Below, piece by piece: positions 62,386 through 64,000 of a stretch of 64,000 nucleotides of DNA. The notes under the pieces were generated by a model. It was not told where the DNA came from and searched no databases. It was given only the letters and a program-made list of their open reading frames with translations. The stretch comes from an uncultured Verrucomicrobiae bacterium. GTDB taxonomy: Bacteria; Verrucomicrobiota; Verrucomicrobiia; Chthoniobacterales; UBA10450. The stretch spans positions 352,001 through 416,000 of the forward strand of contig CAWFGO010000003.1 in NCBI GenBank assembly GCA_963815455.1, given 5' to 3'. The first letter of the stretch is position 1, and the number at the start of each line of letters is the position of its first letter. The translations under genes were made by a program, and so were the position numbers.

Positions 62386-64000
62386 TTATTTCTTAGAAAC
62401 CAGGGACGCCAGGAGCTGTTGGTAACGCGGCTTTCTTCTCAAAGGTTCCCACGCCGGATCGGTTTTCAGGTAACCATAGGAAATGTAGCCCGGAATACCG
62501 AGCAAAGTCTGCAGTTCGTCGAATGCGCGGTCATGATCGCCGGTCCAGGTGTAAACTTGGGCCAATCCCTGTAAAACCAGCGGGCCATCGTAGGCGTCCT
62601 TCGAGACCGGCATAAGATCGACCGCCTTCTGTGCTTCCTGCAGCGCCAGTTTCTTATTGCCGAGATTGGCATCCACCTGGGCCAGGACAGCAAGAGTGCG
62701 CGGATCGTCCGGTTTGTTTTTCAAGCGCGATTCCAGAATCGCACGCGCCGAAGTAAACGCCGCAGTCGTTTTCGCTTTGTCGCCTTCGGCCCGCGCAATC
62801 AATGCTTCGTACCAGGCCCGGGGAAAGTAGAAGCTAAAATCGACGTCCTGAAAATCTTTGCGAGGCGATGCGGCCAGGACCCGGCGCGCTTCGCCGTAAT
62901 TGCGATCGATCATCGCCAGCAAAATTCGCCACGAACTTTCACCTCCGCCCACATCGACATCGGGAGCCGCGGCCAGAGCAGTCCGCAATGTGGCGGGATC
63001 GCCCGTTTCGCCAAAATCGAGCGCCGCTCGTCGAATCAACGCGATCGGTTCCCGCATGCCCGCGGCAATCGCGCGGTCGTAGGCGAGCTTTGCCTCCGGA
63101 AACCGGCGCTCCAGCACGAAAGTGTCGACCAGAAGATTGACCGCATTCGGATTACGCGGGTCGAGCTTCACGGCGGTGGCGAAATCGCGTTCTCCATCGG
63201 CCCAGTGACCTTGTCGCCGGTTGATGTAACCCGACAAAACGAAGAAGGGCACGCTGTTCGGCAGGCCTGGGCGCGCTATCGCCAGCTCCGCCTGGGCTTG
63301 CTCGTAGTTGCGATGGCAGCGAAACAAATGATCGGCCAAAGCCAAATGAGCTTCGGCCGAATTGGGACGCAGCCGGAGCGCGTTAGCCACGGCGGCTTCG
63401 CCGAGCAGGTTGCGTTCGGGCGTGGGATCCAAATCGAGGAAATAGAGAAGATTGTGAGCCCGGGACGCATAACAATAAGCCAACACAAAATTCGGATCGC
63501 GACCGGTCGCCTCATCGAGCAACTGCACCGCTTTTCGCAACGACGCGTTAGGATCGGAAAGCTCCAGGTAGGTATCGACAATTTCCTTCGCTTGAAGATA
63601 AAGATCGAACGCCGCCAAGTCGCGCGTTGGCGTTTCTTCAATCTCGGCCTTCTGCTCGGGCGAAAGCTTGGCCTGGAGCTGCTTGACGATGGCCTGGGCC
63701 AGATCGCTTTGCAGGCCAAACAAGTCGGCCACGTCGCGATCGTAGCTTTCCGCCCAGACTTGTGAATCCGAGCGGGCATCGATCAATTTCGCATTCACCC
63801 GCACGCGCCCTGGCCCGCGTTGCACGGTCCCTTCAAGAACATAAGCCACGCCGAGCTGCCGGCCGATCTCACGCATGTTGCGCGCCGATTCATTGCGATA
63901 TTGCTCAATACTGGTGTGACTGATCACTTTCAAATCGGATACCTTGGCCAGGTTCGTCAGAATCTGGTCCTGCACCCCATCGGCAAAAAAAGTGCCGGCG
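62386..64000 (-). CDS. TolB-like/TPR protein C-terminal part (N-terminus outside the window; such proteins often carry a kinase or cyclase domain)
   Basis: FFADGVQDQILTNL, LGVAYVLEG, VWAESYDR, PTRDLAAFDLYL, TPRs and DPAWEPLR. Confidence 0.85.
   Translation of the reverse strand, partial: AGTFFADGVQDQILTNLAKVSDLKVISHTSIEQYRNESARNMREIGRQLGVAYVLEGTVQRGPGRVRVNAKLIDARSDSQVWAESYDRDVADLFGLQSDLAQAIVKQLQAKLSPEQKAEIEETPTRDLAAFDLYLQAKEIVDTYLELSDPNASLRKAVQLLDEATGRDPNFVLAYCYASRAHNLLYFLDLDPTPERNLLGEAAVANALRLRPNSAEAHLALADHLFRCHRNYEQAQAELAIARPGLPNSVPFFVLSGYINRRQGHWADGERDFATAVKLDPRNPNAVNLLVDTFVLERRFPEAKLAYDRAIAAGMREPIALIRRAALDFGETGDPATLRTALAAAPDVDVGGGESSWRILLAMIDRNYGEARRVLAASPRKDFQDVDFSFYFPRAWYEALIARAEGDKAKTTAAFTSARAILESRLKNKPDDPRTLAVLAQVDANLGNKKLALQEAQKAVDLMPVSKDAYDGPLVLQGLAQVYTWTGDHDRAFDELQTLLGIPGYISYGYLKTDPAWEPLRRKPRYQQLLASLVSKK

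Overview
Bacterial chromosomal window. The gene families (exosortase/PEP-CTERM, TolB-like/TPR regulator, paired 'AGPEP..KEV' outer-membrane barrels) suggest a soil Verrucomicrobiota, probably Chthoniobacterales; this taxonomy is inference only. About 3.3-35 kb is a surface-polysaccharide island: glf, a beta-helix protein, a flippase, about 9 soluble glycosyltransferases, 2 GT-C membrane enzymes, 3 FkbM methyltransferases, an O-antigen ligase/polymerase-like protein, asnB, two epimerases, exosortase plus EpsI, and a WecB/TagA-type transferase. Most island ORFs are broken by frameshifts that look like long-read indels. The rest holds uppP, glnB, mutL, iscA, a HIT protein, a secreted EEP nuclease, a PEP-CTERM beta-strand-repeat protein, a probable metal-uptake cluster, a sirtuin, a TMTC-like TPR protein and RidA-VOC-kynU. 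The most unusual signal is intergenic. (i) Inverted pairs of 7-9 nt tandem arrays start at or near stop codons and end just before the next start codon; one pair encloses a four-helix-bundle gene. (ii) A REP-associated tyrosine transposase is flanked by REP doublets, with several other REP-like families elsewhere. (iii) A 30-bp micro-element occurs four times, always inserted at a G|C step inside the hairpins of two unrelated REP-like hosts, giving up to three levels of nesting. No rRNA, tRNA or CRISPR array was found.
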